Shown here piece after piece: positions 55,729 through 64,000 of a stretch of DNA of 64,000 nucleotides. This DNA comes from Tagaea sp. (lineage in GTDB: Bacteria; Pseudomonadota; Alphaproteobacteria; CACIAM-22H2). The notes beneath the pieces were generated by a model. It did not search any database and was not told the origin of the DNA. It was given only the letters and a program-made list of their open reading frames with translations. The stretch is from contig CBDIIB010000005.1 in NCBI GenBank assembly GCA_965279525.1, positions 1,088,001-1,152,000 of the forward strand. Reading direction: 5' to 3'. Numbering within the stretch: position 1 is the first letter of the stretch; each line of letters begins with the position of its first letter. Position numbers and translations under genes: made by a program.

Positions 55729-57072
55729 TCAGTTCGTCGGCGCTTCGAACGTCTCGGGTGCGGGTGCCAGCAGCCGTGCCCCTTCGCGCCGCACTTCGAG
55801 CACGGCAAAGCCGCGTTCGACGATTCCACCGGGGTTGAGACGGAAGATGCCGTCCACGCCGGCGAAGCCGGAATTGGCGGTCAGCGTTTCGAGCGAGAAA
55901 TCCGCCCCGGCCGGGCCCTTGCCGTGCGCCAGGATCGCGGCGAGTGCCACGCCGTCATAGGCAAGGCTCGCCACGCGCGGAGCCGGGCGGCCGAAGGCAC
56001 CGCGATAGCGGTCCTCGAACACGAGGCGCGCGGGCTGTGCGGTGTTGGCGAACCAGGCGCCCTGCAGCGAGGATTCGCGCAGCGTGCGCGGATCGTCCCA
56101 CAGCGGGATCCCCAGATACTTGACGCGCGCGGGGTCGATCTCGTGCCCGTGCAGCTGGGCCACGACCTGGATGAGCCGGTCGCCGAAATCGGGCAGCAGG
56201 ACCGCTTCGAAATCGAGATCGGGCGGCGGCGGGCCCACTTCGCCGCGCGCCAGGCGCGGCGGCGGGCCGGCAAGCTGGCCGAGCCGGCGCACGGCGGGCG
56301 CGAAATCCAGCGCGCTCGCGTCGTAGCGTTCGATGCGCACGAGCTCGCCGCCCGTCGCCGCCAGCGACGTGCGCAAGCGAACGTTCGGCCGCACTCCCCA
56401 GCGCGTTGTTGGGCAGCAACGCGGCGAACCGTTCGAGGCCGCGCGCGCGCGCATATTCGATCGTGCGCGAAATCGCGTCCTGCGGGGCGATGCCAAGCGT
56501 GAACACGCCGGGGGCCGCGACCGCGCGGTCATTGGAAAGGCTGAGAAGGGCGATGCCCGCCGCGCGCGCCGCCGGTGCGACGGCCGCCGTCTCGGCCCCC
56601 AGCAGCGGACCGATGACGAGGCGCGCTTCCTGCGCCAGTGCCCATTCGAACGCGGCCAGCGCCCCTTGCGGCGTGCCGGCGGTGTCGCGCACGAGCAGCA
56701 CGAAATCCTCGTCGGCGACGTCGAACACGGCCTGCGTGGCCGCATCGAGCAGGGCGGCACCCACTGCCGCGTTGGGTCCCGTCAGCGGCAGCAGCAATGC
56801 GACGCGCGGCGCGCCGGTGCGTGCCAGGCGCGCGGCCTCGGCGGCGGCGGCCGGATCGATTGCGGTCGCGACCGGCGATTGTGCGGCGGGCGGTGGTTCC
56901 AGCTGTTCGGATTGCGCGTGGCGGGGTCGCGGCGGGCGGTGGCGGCGTCGGCAGCCGGCTGGCCCTGACCGAAAATGCCCGTTACCCTCTCCTTGAGCGC
57001 GCCGGAATTCTCGCATCCGCCCAGCAACAGGGCGGCGGCGGCGGCGACAATGAAAAGCGGAACGGAACGCAC
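55729..57072 (-). pseudogene. Penicillin-binding protein activator (LpoA/LivK-like) lipoprotein split over three frames
   Basis: Lipoprotein signal VRSVPLFIVAAAAALLLGGC, then RVALLLPLTG...DTAGTP...IGPLL in another frame, then VRIERY...LGIPLWDD...LAYDGV...GFAGVDGIFR..RGFAV in a third; frameshifts near 56940 and 56375; usual position divergent from rsmI. Confidence 0.8.
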
Positions 57073-57088
57073 GATGACGGCTCCCGAA

Positions 57089-58009
57089 ATGATGGGCCCT
57101 GACGACGACGCGGACGATGCGTTCGAACCTAGCGAGATGGCCGCAGACAATCCAGCGCCCATCGCGATGGCACCCGGTCTCTATCTCGTCGGCACGCCGA
57201 TCGGCAATCTGGGCGACGTGTCGGCGCGCATGCGACTTGTTCTCGCCGCCGCATCGGTCATCGCGGCGGAAGACACGCGCGTCGCCCGCCGGCTGCTGTC
57301 GGCTCTTGCCATCCCGGCGCCCAAGCTCGTGCGCTGCGACGAGCGTGCGAGCAATGCGATGGGCGCCAAACTCGCCGACGCGGCGCGGACACGCGTCGTC
57401 GCGTTCGTGTCGGATGCCGGCATGCCGGGCATTGCCGATCCGGGAGCGGCCCTCGTGCGCGCGGCCGAAGCGGCGGGCGTGCCGGTCACCATCGTGCCCG
57501 GCCCGTCGGCCATCGCGACGGCAGTGGCGTTGTCGGGCCTGCCGGCCGAGCCGTTCCTGTTCCTCGGATTCCTGCCGCCGAAGACCGGCCCGCGCGCGCG
57601 AAGGCTGGCCGAGTTCCGCGACGTGAAGGCGACGCTGGTGGCGTTCGAAGCCCCGCACCGCACGGCCGAAACGCTGGCGGCGATGGCCGAGGTGCTGGGC
57701 GACCGGCCGGCCTGCGTGTTGCGCGAGCTCACCAAGCGGCACGAGGAACGGCGCGCGGGCTCGCTCGCCACGCTTGCCGCGCACTATGCGGCACACGAGA
57801 CACTGGGCGAGGTCGTGCTCGTCGTCGGTCCGCCGGGCGAAACCACACAAGGCGAACCCGATCCGGCGCTGCTCGACGCGAAGATCCGCGAAGCGCTCGC
57901 CACGCTGGGCGTGCGCGATGCCGCCGACCGCATCGCCGCGGCGACCGGCCTGCCGCGCCGGCAGGTCTATGCGCGCGCCCTCGAACTTTCGGGCAAATCG
58001 AAACGATGA
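57089..58009 (+). CDS. rsmI: 16S rRNA (cytidine1402-2'-O)-methyltransferase
   Basis: LYLVGTPIGNLGD, AEDTR, VSDAGMPGIADPG, GFLP, FEAPHR, RELTKRHEE; start uncertain (57074/57089/57137). Confidence 0.95.
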   Translation: MMGPDDDADDAFEPSEMAADNPAPIAMAPGLYLVGTPIGNLGDVSARMRLVLAAASVIAAEDTRVARRLLSALAIPAPKLVRCDERASNAMGAKLADAARTRVVAFVSDAGMPGIADPGAALVRAAEAAGVPVTIVPGPSAIATAVALSGLPAEPFLFLGFLPPKTGPRARRLAEFRDVKATLVAFEAPHRTAETLAAMAEVLGDRPACVLRELTKRHEERRAGSLATLAAHYAAHETLGEVVLVVGPPGETTQGEPDPALLDAKIREALATLGVRDAADRIAAATGLPRRQVYARALELSGKSKR

Positions 58010-58386
58010 AGTCGGCCCGGCACGTCGCCGCCGCGCGGCGCGGCCGGCTGGCCGAGACGCTGGCGGCGTGGCGGCTGCGCCTGGCCGGCTGGCGGATCGT
58101 GGCGCGCGACCTGCGCCTGCCGGCGGGGCAGGTCGATCTCGTGGCCCGGCGCGGGCGCACGCTCGCCTTCGTCGAGGTGAAGGCGCGGAACAATGCCGAC
58201 GATGCGGCCGAATCGCTACACCCTGCCCAATGCGCGCGCATCGAACGCGCGGCAGAACAGTATCTTGCCGCGCGCCCTCAATTCGCCGCATTCGAGATTA
58301 GATTCGACCTGGTGCTGGTGGCCCCCGGAAGCTGGCCCCGGCACGTGAAAGATGCTTGGCGCGACTCGCGCCGGCACCCTAAATAA
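58006..58386 (+). CDS. yraN: YraN family putative endonuclease
   Basis: GRLAE..AAW, GQVDLVARRGRTLAFVEVKAR, IRFDLV, RHVKDAW. Confidence 0.9.
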   Translation: MKSARHVAAARRGRLAETLAAWRLRLAGWRIVARDLRLPAGQVDLVARRGRTLAFVEVKARNNADDAAESLHPAQCARIERAAEQYLAARPQFAAFEIRFDLVLVAPGSWPRHVKDAWRDSRRHPK

Positions 58387-58426
58387 AGGGGAATCCCTAA
58401 ATGAAAAAGGCTCAGGGAGCATGCAC

Positions 58427-59080
58427 ATGACAGCACGGACCCGATTCCATCGTCGCGTTCTGGCGGCCGGCCTCGTGGCGGGCGGCTTGATGCTGCAGGG
58501 CTGCGTGGGTGCGGCCGTGGGGGCCGGTGCCGCCGTCGGCGGGGCCGCCATGCAGGACCGCGGCGTGCGCGGTGCGGTCACCGACAACGGCATCGCGCTC
58601 GAGATCAACCACTACTGGTTCCAGGAGCGCTCCAACACCGAGATCTTCTCGTCGATCTCCACGCAGATCTACGAAGGCCGCGTGCTGCTGACCGGGGCCG
58701 TGACGAATCCCGACACGCGCGCCGAGGCCGTGCGCCTGGCGTGGAAGGCCAGCGGCATCCGCGAGATCATCAACGAGATCGAAGTGACCGACGCCGGCGG
58801 CGTCAAGGCCTATGCCAAGGACGTGTGGTCGGCCAACGAGCTGCGCTCGCGCCTGCTGTTCGCCAAGGGCATCAATTCGGCCAACTACACGGTCGAGGTC
58901 GTCAACGGCACGGTCTATATCCTCGGCGTGTGGGCCGACCAGGCCGAGCTCGACCGCGTGCTCAGCGTGGCACGCAACCTTGCCAATGTCCGGCGCGTGG
59001 TCAGCCACGCGATCGCCCGCGACGATCCGCGCCGCTTTCGCGCACCCCCCGGCGCCGACGCAGGCCCCGCCGCGTCGTGA
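58427..59080 (+). CDS. Dual-BON domain lipoprotein (DolP/YraP-like)
   Basis: Lipobox LQGC, GRVLLTG, INEIEV, NGTVYILG, VRRVVSH. Confidence 0.9.
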   Translation: MTARTRFHRRVLAAGLVAGGLMLQGCVGAAVGAGAAVGGAAMQDRGVRGAVTDNGIALEINHYWFQERSNTEIFSSISTQIYEGRVLLTGAVTNPDTRAEAVRLAWKASGIREIINEIEVTDAGGVKAYAKDVWSANELRSRLLFAKGINSANYTVEVVNGTVYILGVWADQAELDRVLSVARNLANVRRVVSHAIARDDPRRFRAPPGADAGPAAS

Positions 59081-59934
59081 ACCCGCCCTATCGCCTGGTC
59101 GCCGGTGCGCCGGCCGAGGCCGAGCGCACGCTGGTGCATGCGGCGCGCGCGGGCGAGCAGGACATCGCGCTCGCCGACACGGCCCTTGCCCTTTCGGCCG
59201 CCGCCCGCCCGCAGCTCGACCTTGCCCCCTATCGCGCGCACCTCTCCGAGATCGCCACGTGCGTGGCGGCCGAAGCGCAGGGGCGGCCCGACAATCTCGC
59301 CGCGCGCGTGGCGGCGTTGCGCGAAGCGCTGGTCGAGCGGCTGGGCTATCGCGGCGACCGCGATTCCTACGACGACCTGCGCAATGCCGACCTTGCCGGC
59401 GTGATCGACCGGCGGCGCGGCCTGCCGGTCGCGCTCGCGATCCTGTGGATCCATGCCGCGCGTGCACAAGGCTGGGCGGCATCGGGCCTCGCGTTCCCGG
59501 CGCATTTCCTGATCCGCGTCGACGGGCCGGACGGGCGCGCGATCCTCGATCCGTTCAACGGCGGGGCGACGCTGGAAACCAAGGCGCTGCGCGGCCTGCT
59601 CAAACGCCTCGAAGGGCCGGACGCCGAGCTGCAGAACCACCATTACGCGAGCGTGCCCGACCGCACGGTGCTGCTGCGCCTGCAGAACAACATCAAGATG
59701 CGCCTGATGAAAGCCGAGGATTTCCGCGGCGTGCTGGCCACGCTCGAGCGCATGCTGATGCTCGCCCCCGCCGATCCGGCCCTGTGGCACGAGGCCGGCT
59801 TCGTGCATGTCGGACTCGACAATCTGCGCGCCGGCGTGATGTGTTTGGAGCAGGCTCACGCCCTTGTCGGGGCCACCGGTGCGAAGGACCGCATCGCGAT
59901 GGAGATCCAGGCGCTCAAGAGCCGCCTGAACTGA
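59077..59934 (+). CDS. SirB1/YchA transglutaminase-like protein with C-terminal TPR
   Basis: [45 protein letters not shown]. Confidence 0.88.
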   Translation: MNPPYRLVAGAPAEAERTLVHAARAGEQDIALADTALALSAAARPQLDLAPYRAHLSEIATCVAAEAQGRPDNLAARVAALREALVERLGYRGDRDSYDDLRNADLAGVIDRRRGLPVALAILWIHAARAQGWAASGLAFPAHFLIRVDGPDGRAILDPFNGGATLETKALRGLLKRLEGPDAELQNHHYASVPDRTVLLRLQNNIKMRLMKAEDFRGVLATLERMLMLAPADPALWHEAGFVHVGLDNLRAGVMCLEQAHALVGATGAKDRIAMEIQALKSRLN

Positions 59935-59947
59935 AGGAACAGCTTAC

Positions 59948-60889
59948 ATGTCGCGCGTGTGTGCCGTGCAGATGGACCCGATGGGTCCGATCAACATCGA
60001 CGGGGATTCGAGCTTCGCACTGATGCTGGAAGCGCAGGCGCGCGGCTACACGCTCTACCATTATCTCGTGCGCCACCTTTCCATGCGCGGCAAGGAGAAG
60101 ATCTACGCGAAGGCGCATCCGGTGACCGTGCGCCGCGAGAAGGGCAACCATTTCACGTTCGGCGCCCCCGAGACGATCGACCTTGCCAAGGTCGACGTGA
60201 TCCTGATGCGCCAGGACCCGCCCTTCGACATGGCGTACATCACCGCCACGCACATCCTGGAGCACATCCATCCCAAGACGCTGGTCGTCAACGACCCGGC
60301 GCATGTGCGCAATTCGCCGGAAAAGCTGTTCGTCACGCATTTCCCGCACTTGATGCCGCCTACGCTGGTGACGTCGGACACCGCCGAGATCCTCGAGTTC
60401 CGGAAAGAGTTCAAGGACATCATCGTCAAGCCGCTGTTCGGCAACGGCGGGGCCGGCGTCTTCCGCGTCAAGCCCGACGACGAGAACCTGACGGCGCTGA
60501 TCGAGATGTTCACGCACGCCAGCCGCGAACCCTTGATGATCCAGCGCTACGAACCCGCCGTGCGCCAGGGCGACAAGCGCATCATCCTGGTCGACGGCAA
60601 GGCGGAAGGGGCCATCAACCGCGTGCCCGCCGCCGGCGAGGCGCGCGCCAACATGCATGTCGGCGGCACGGCCGTGAAGACGGCGCTGACGAAGCGCGAG
60701 ATGGAAATCTGCGAGACGATCGGGCCGGAGCTGAAGAAGCGCGGCCAGATCTTCGTCGGCATCGACGTGATCGGCGAGTATCTCACCGAGATCAACGTCA
60801 CCTCGCCCACCGGCATCCAGGAAGTGAAACGCTTCGACGGCACCGACCTCGCCGCGTCGATCTGGAACGCGATCGAAGCGAAGCTCTAG
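59948..60889 (+). CDS. gshB: Glutathione synthetase
   Basis: [40 protein letters not shown]. Confidence 0.97.
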   Translation: MSRVCAVQMDPMGPINIDGDSSFALMLEAQARGYTLYHYLVRHLSMRGKEKIYAKAHPVTVRREKGNHFTFGAPETIDLAKVDVILMRQDPPFDMAYITATHILEHIHPKTLVVNDPAHVRNSPEKLFVTHFPHLMPPTLVTSDTAEILEFRKEFKDIIVKPLFGNGGAGVFRVKPDDENLTALIEMFTHASREPLMIQRYEPAVRQGDKRIILVDGKAEGAINRVPAAGEARANMHVGGTAVKTALTKREMEICETIGPELKKRGQIFVGIDVIGEYLTEINVTSPTGIQEVKRFDGTDLAASIWNAIEAKL

Positions 60890-62001
60890 GGGCAGGCCGC
60901 CTTCAGCGCGCGCCAGTCCGGCCCGTCGATCTCCCATTTCGGCCGGGTCGAAGCCGGTGCCGCCGCGGCCGCCGCCATGCGCTCGGCCGTCGGCGGATGC
61001 GTCGACAGGTGCGCAAGCAGCCCCGACGTCGGGATGCCGGCGGCTTTTTCCATCCGCACGAGGATCGCGCCGAGCGGTGCCGACGGCACGCCCAGGCCGG
61101 CGAGAAGCTCGAACGCGCGCGCGTCGGTCGCGGTCTCCACTTCGCGGCTGTAGCTGATGCCGATATAGAGCGTGGCGAACGCGGCGGCCGACGAGAAGAA
61201 GATCGGATCCCCGAAGACAAGGCCGACGATGGCACCGGTCGCCACGCTGCGGATCATGCCGCGCATCGGGTCGCGCCGCTCGGCGTGCGCCACTTCGTGC
61301 GCGAGCACGCCGATCAGTTCTTCGGGTGACTGCGCGAGTTCGAGCAGGCCGCGCAGGATGACGATCTGGCCGCCCGGACCCGTGAACGCGTTGATGACCG
61401 GCGAGTCGACGATGCGGATGGTCAACCGCCCGCCAAGGTCCGCCCGGTCCTCGAGGCGTCGCGCGATCTCGGCCAGCAGCGGGGGCGGCGAATTCCCGGC
61501 GCAGAACGGCTTCTTGCGGTCGCGCGCGATCGAGCCGGCGAGTGCGTCGACCACCTCGGCGCCGAAGCGCCGCTCGAAATCCGCCGGGATCAGCGCGACC
61601 AGCCGCTCGGCCGCCAGCGGAATCGCGACGAACAGCACGAACAGGATGCTGGCGACGGCGCCGCCGGTCCACAGCGCGACCTGGCGGGCGACCGGCCAGT
61701 CGATCCGCCCGAGCCAGCCCCGCCGCGGCGTGGCGGCTTCGAGTGCCGCGACGAGCGACGGATCGGCGAACAGGATGCGCGCCGACGTGTCCGGATCGGG
61801 CGCCAGCACGCCGGGCAGCGCGCCGTCGGGCGTTTCAAGCACGCGCACTTCAATAAGGGGCCAGTACACTGTGCCGGTGTCGGTACCGGAAAGCTCGAGC
61901 CGGCCCCCGGCGATCCGCGCGCGCGCTTCGTGCGGGGCCGCGCGCACGCCGTCCAGATAGCGGACCGGCCAGTCCTCGGAGGGTTCAGGCGATGCCGACA
62001 T
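60886..62001 (-). CDS. M48 family metallopeptidase
   Basis: YLDG N-terminus, [16 protein letters not shown] (HExxH), YSREVE..D, LSTHP; downstream of YjgN. Confidence 0.9.
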   Translation of the reverse strand: MSASPEPSEDWPVRYLDGVRAAPHEARARIAGGRLELSGTDTGTVYWPLIEVRVLETPDGALPGVLAPDPDTSARILFADPSLVAALEAATPRRGWLGRIDWPVARQVALWTGGAVASILFVLFVAIPLAAERLVALIPADFERRFGAEVVDALAGSIARDRKKPFCAGNSPPPLLAEIARRLEDRADLGGRLTIRIVDSPVINAFTGPGGQIVILRGLLELAQSPEELIGVLAHEVAHAERRDPMRGMIRSVATGAIVGLVFGDPIFFSSAAAFATLYIGISYSREVETATDARAFELLAGLGVPSAPLGAILVRMEKAAGIPTSGLLAHLSTHPPTAERMAAAAAAPASTRPKWEIDGPDWRALKAACP

Positions 62002-63208
62002 CGAACGAATCGGCGAGGCCCTCGCCGCGCGTGAGGTTGTCTTGCGCGCCGGCGGCGACCGCATCGAGCGCCCCGGCATTCTCGACGGCCAGCGTCGAGA
62101 TGAAATGGCGGATGATCGACGGTTCGATCCAGGCGCCCCGGATGACGGCGGCGCACAGGTAGAGCACGAAATAGACAATCGCGACCGCGCCGAAAATCAA
62201 TAAGGTGAGAATATCTCCATCTCTCGGGAACTGCGTGTTGCCGACTATCAGATATGTGGCATAGAGCAGCCCGACGATGATCGCCGCGCAGGCCAGCAGG
62301 ACGGCCACGATCCCGAGAGCGATGCGCCCGCCGACCGCCAAAGGACGGGCGCGCGAGGCGAAGCGGACATCACCGAGCCCCAGTCCGCCCGCCACGACCC
62401 GGAATTCGGCGACACGGTATGCGAGGTAGCCACAAATGATCGTCGCGACGGCCACCGCCAGTGGCCACCAGACGATCTCTGCCGCCGCTGCAGCCCGCTG
62501 CTGGGCGTCGAAAAGTCGTGAAATTTGGTCGCTGTACGCGCCGGCGTAGCCGAGGCAGGCGAGATATCCCAGCCAGACGACCGCCCAGCGCACATACAGG
62601 GGCATCATCTCGTCGATTTCGCAGGTGAACCGGCGGTTCCCGAAGCTCGTCATCGACATGAGCCGCTTGCGAAGCAGAATTCGGTACATGGGGTACATTA
62701 TGAAGCCTGTCCCGATCATCCAACCGAGCGCCTGAGCGATCGTCGACAGGTAGCTCCGGAATGTCCCGTCGAAGCCGAACCGGATGCCGCGCCAGGCGGT
62801 CCGCGAGACGCGGTATTTCCAGGCATAGAACTGCGCGGTCATTGCCAGGAAGCCGAGGACCGGGACCGTCAGGTAACTCGAGTGCGCTCCCAGGAACTCG
62901 CCGAAGACATTGACGCCGATCAGCACCGGCGCCACGACTGCCATTGCCACGAGGAATCCCTTGAACAGTTCGAAGCCGGTGCCGTGATATTCGAGCGGAT
63001 CGCCGCGCAGCAGGATGCTTCCCCAGATCTGCCGGCGCCAGCGCGTGCGCGCCCAGAAGCGGTAGAAATACAGTGTCAGGACATTCAGCAGCGTCGCGAC
63101 GACGACGAGCCGGAAGAGTCCGGCTCGCGGCACGTAGCGTAGCGCAGGTTCGACGGCGGCGGGGTCGGACACGACAGCGTCATCGGGCGGCATACAAAAC
63201 TCGTCCAT
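61985..63208 (-). CDS. YjgN/DUF898 family inner-membrane protein
   Basis: LNVLTLYFYRFWARTR, LEYHGTGFELFKGF, SRTAWRGIRF, C-terminal [11 protein letters not shown]. Confidence 0.9.
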   Translation of the reverse strand: MDEFCMPPDDAVVSDPAAVEPALRYVPRAGLFRLVVVATLLNVLTLYFYRFWARTRWRRQIWGSILLRGDPLEYHGTGFELFKGFLVAMAVVAPVLIGVNVFGEFLGAHSSYLTVPVLGFLAMTAQFYAWKYRVSRTAWRGIRFGFDGTFRSYLSTIAQALGWMIGTGFIMYPMYRILLRKRLMSMTSFGNRRFTCEIDEMMPLYVRWAVVWLGYLACLGYAGAYSDQISRLFDAQQRAAAAAEIVWWPLAVAVATIICGYLAYRVAEFRVVAGGLGLGDVRFASRARPLAVGGRIALGIVAVLLACAAIIVGLLYATYLIVGNTQFPRDGDILTLLIFGAVAIVYFVLYLCAAVIRGAWIEPSIIRHFISTLAVENAGALDAVAAGAQDNLTRGEGLADSFDVGIA

Positions 63209-63265
63209 TGCGTGTACGGGATCGTGCGTACTTATCGAAGATTGATTGGAAATTGAAGCAGGATT

Positions 63266-64000
63266 TCAGGCAAGCCCGCGCGCCATCAGATAGAGCCCCA
63301 GCGCCAGCAGCCCGATCAGGAACCAGCGGCGGAAGCCTTCGGCTGGCAGCTTGTGGCGCAAGGCCGTGCCGAGCCACATCCCGCCGAGGGCCGGCAGCAG
63401 CGCTGCGGCCGAACCGATGACGTTCGCGGTGTCGAACACGCCGTCGTTGGCAAGCCCGAGCCCCAGCGCCACGGTCGAGACGAGGAACGACAGGCCGAGC
63501 GCCTGGATGAGGTCTTCCTTCGCAAGCCCGAGCGACTGGAGATAGGGCACGGCCGGCAGCACGAAGATGCCGGTCGCCGCCGTGACGAGACCGGTCGCGA
63601 GGCCGACGGGCGCACCCAGCCATTTCTCCAGATGCGGCGGCACATGGAAGCGGAACGCCGTCAGGCTTAGCGCCGCATAGGCCGCCACGCACAGGCCGAG
63701 TGCCACGCGTGCCGCCAGCGCGTTCTCGCCGGCAAGCCAGCCGCCGCCAAGTGCCACGCCCACGCACACCGCCGCCATCATCGGCCACAGCCGCGCGATC
63801 AGTGCGCGGAAATCGGGGCCCGCCCAGAGCTGCCACACGTTGGTCACCAGCGACGGCACGACAAGCAACGCCGCCGACTGCGCCGGGGCAAGGGCGAGGC
63901 TCAACAGCCCCATCGAGATCGTCGGCAGGCCGAGGCCCACCACGCCCTTGACGAATCCGGCAAGCGCGAAGGCGCCGAGAACGAGGAGGATCAGGGAAAG
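63266..64000 (-). CDS. Sulfite exporter TauE/SafE family protein (5' end outside the window)
   Basis: AFALAGFVKGVVGLGLPT, PSLVTNVWQ, TGIFVLP, GMWLG. Confidence 0.88.
   Translation of the reverse strand, partial: LSLILLVLGAFALAGFVKGVVGLGLPTISMGLLSLALAPAQSAALLVVPSLVTNVWQLWAGPDFRALIARLWPMMAAVCVGVALGGGWLAGENALAARVALGLCVAAYAALSLTAFRFHVPPHLEKWLGAPVGLATGLVTAATGIFVLPAVPYLQSLGLAKEDLIQALGLSFLVSTVALGLGLANDGVFDTANVIGSAAALLPALGGMWLGTALRHKLPAEGFRRWFLIGLLALGLYLMARGLA

Noticed and set aside
58006-58386. YraN nuclease plus rsmI as a possible defence or restriction-modification system
   Set aside because: lpoA-rsmI-yraN-BON-gshB is a conserved housekeeping neighbourhood

Overview
High-GC (roughly 68-70% by eye) chromosomal segment of an alphaproteobacterium, probably Rhodospirillales-like (inferred from the conserved blocks maeB/mutS...glnD-murJ-trpS-usp-nfu, dnaJ-dnaK-grpE-hrcA/rph-rdgB-hemW and rsmI-yraN-BON-gshB). 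It holds about 60 mostly housekeeping CDSs. I saw no rRNA, tRNA, CRISPR array, transposase or integrase. Accessory inserts include a ubiquitin-like/BNR beta-propeller pair, tandem TauE/SafE paralogs, a UbiA-DprE1-DprE2 (polyprenyl-phospho-arabinose) cassette joined to dapB, a LysR/enolase/TRAP unit, two orphan PAS_5-like proteins, and a FlaG-like gene with a CtrA-like box inside the heat-shock cluster. The most unusual part is the non-coding, lower-GC stretch at 54053-55142. It contains a near-consensus minus-strand sigma70 promoter followed by a boxA-like element, two modules of the same layout (palindrome + IHF-like site + tandem core) built on different core words, 10-bp-phased GTTGAC repeats, and a ~0.7 kb AT-rich cargo bracketed by inverted REP halves. 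Four frameshifts cluster at 55.3-57.0 kb (pseudogenes or sequencing indels). All calls come from visual motif recognition; no database search was run.
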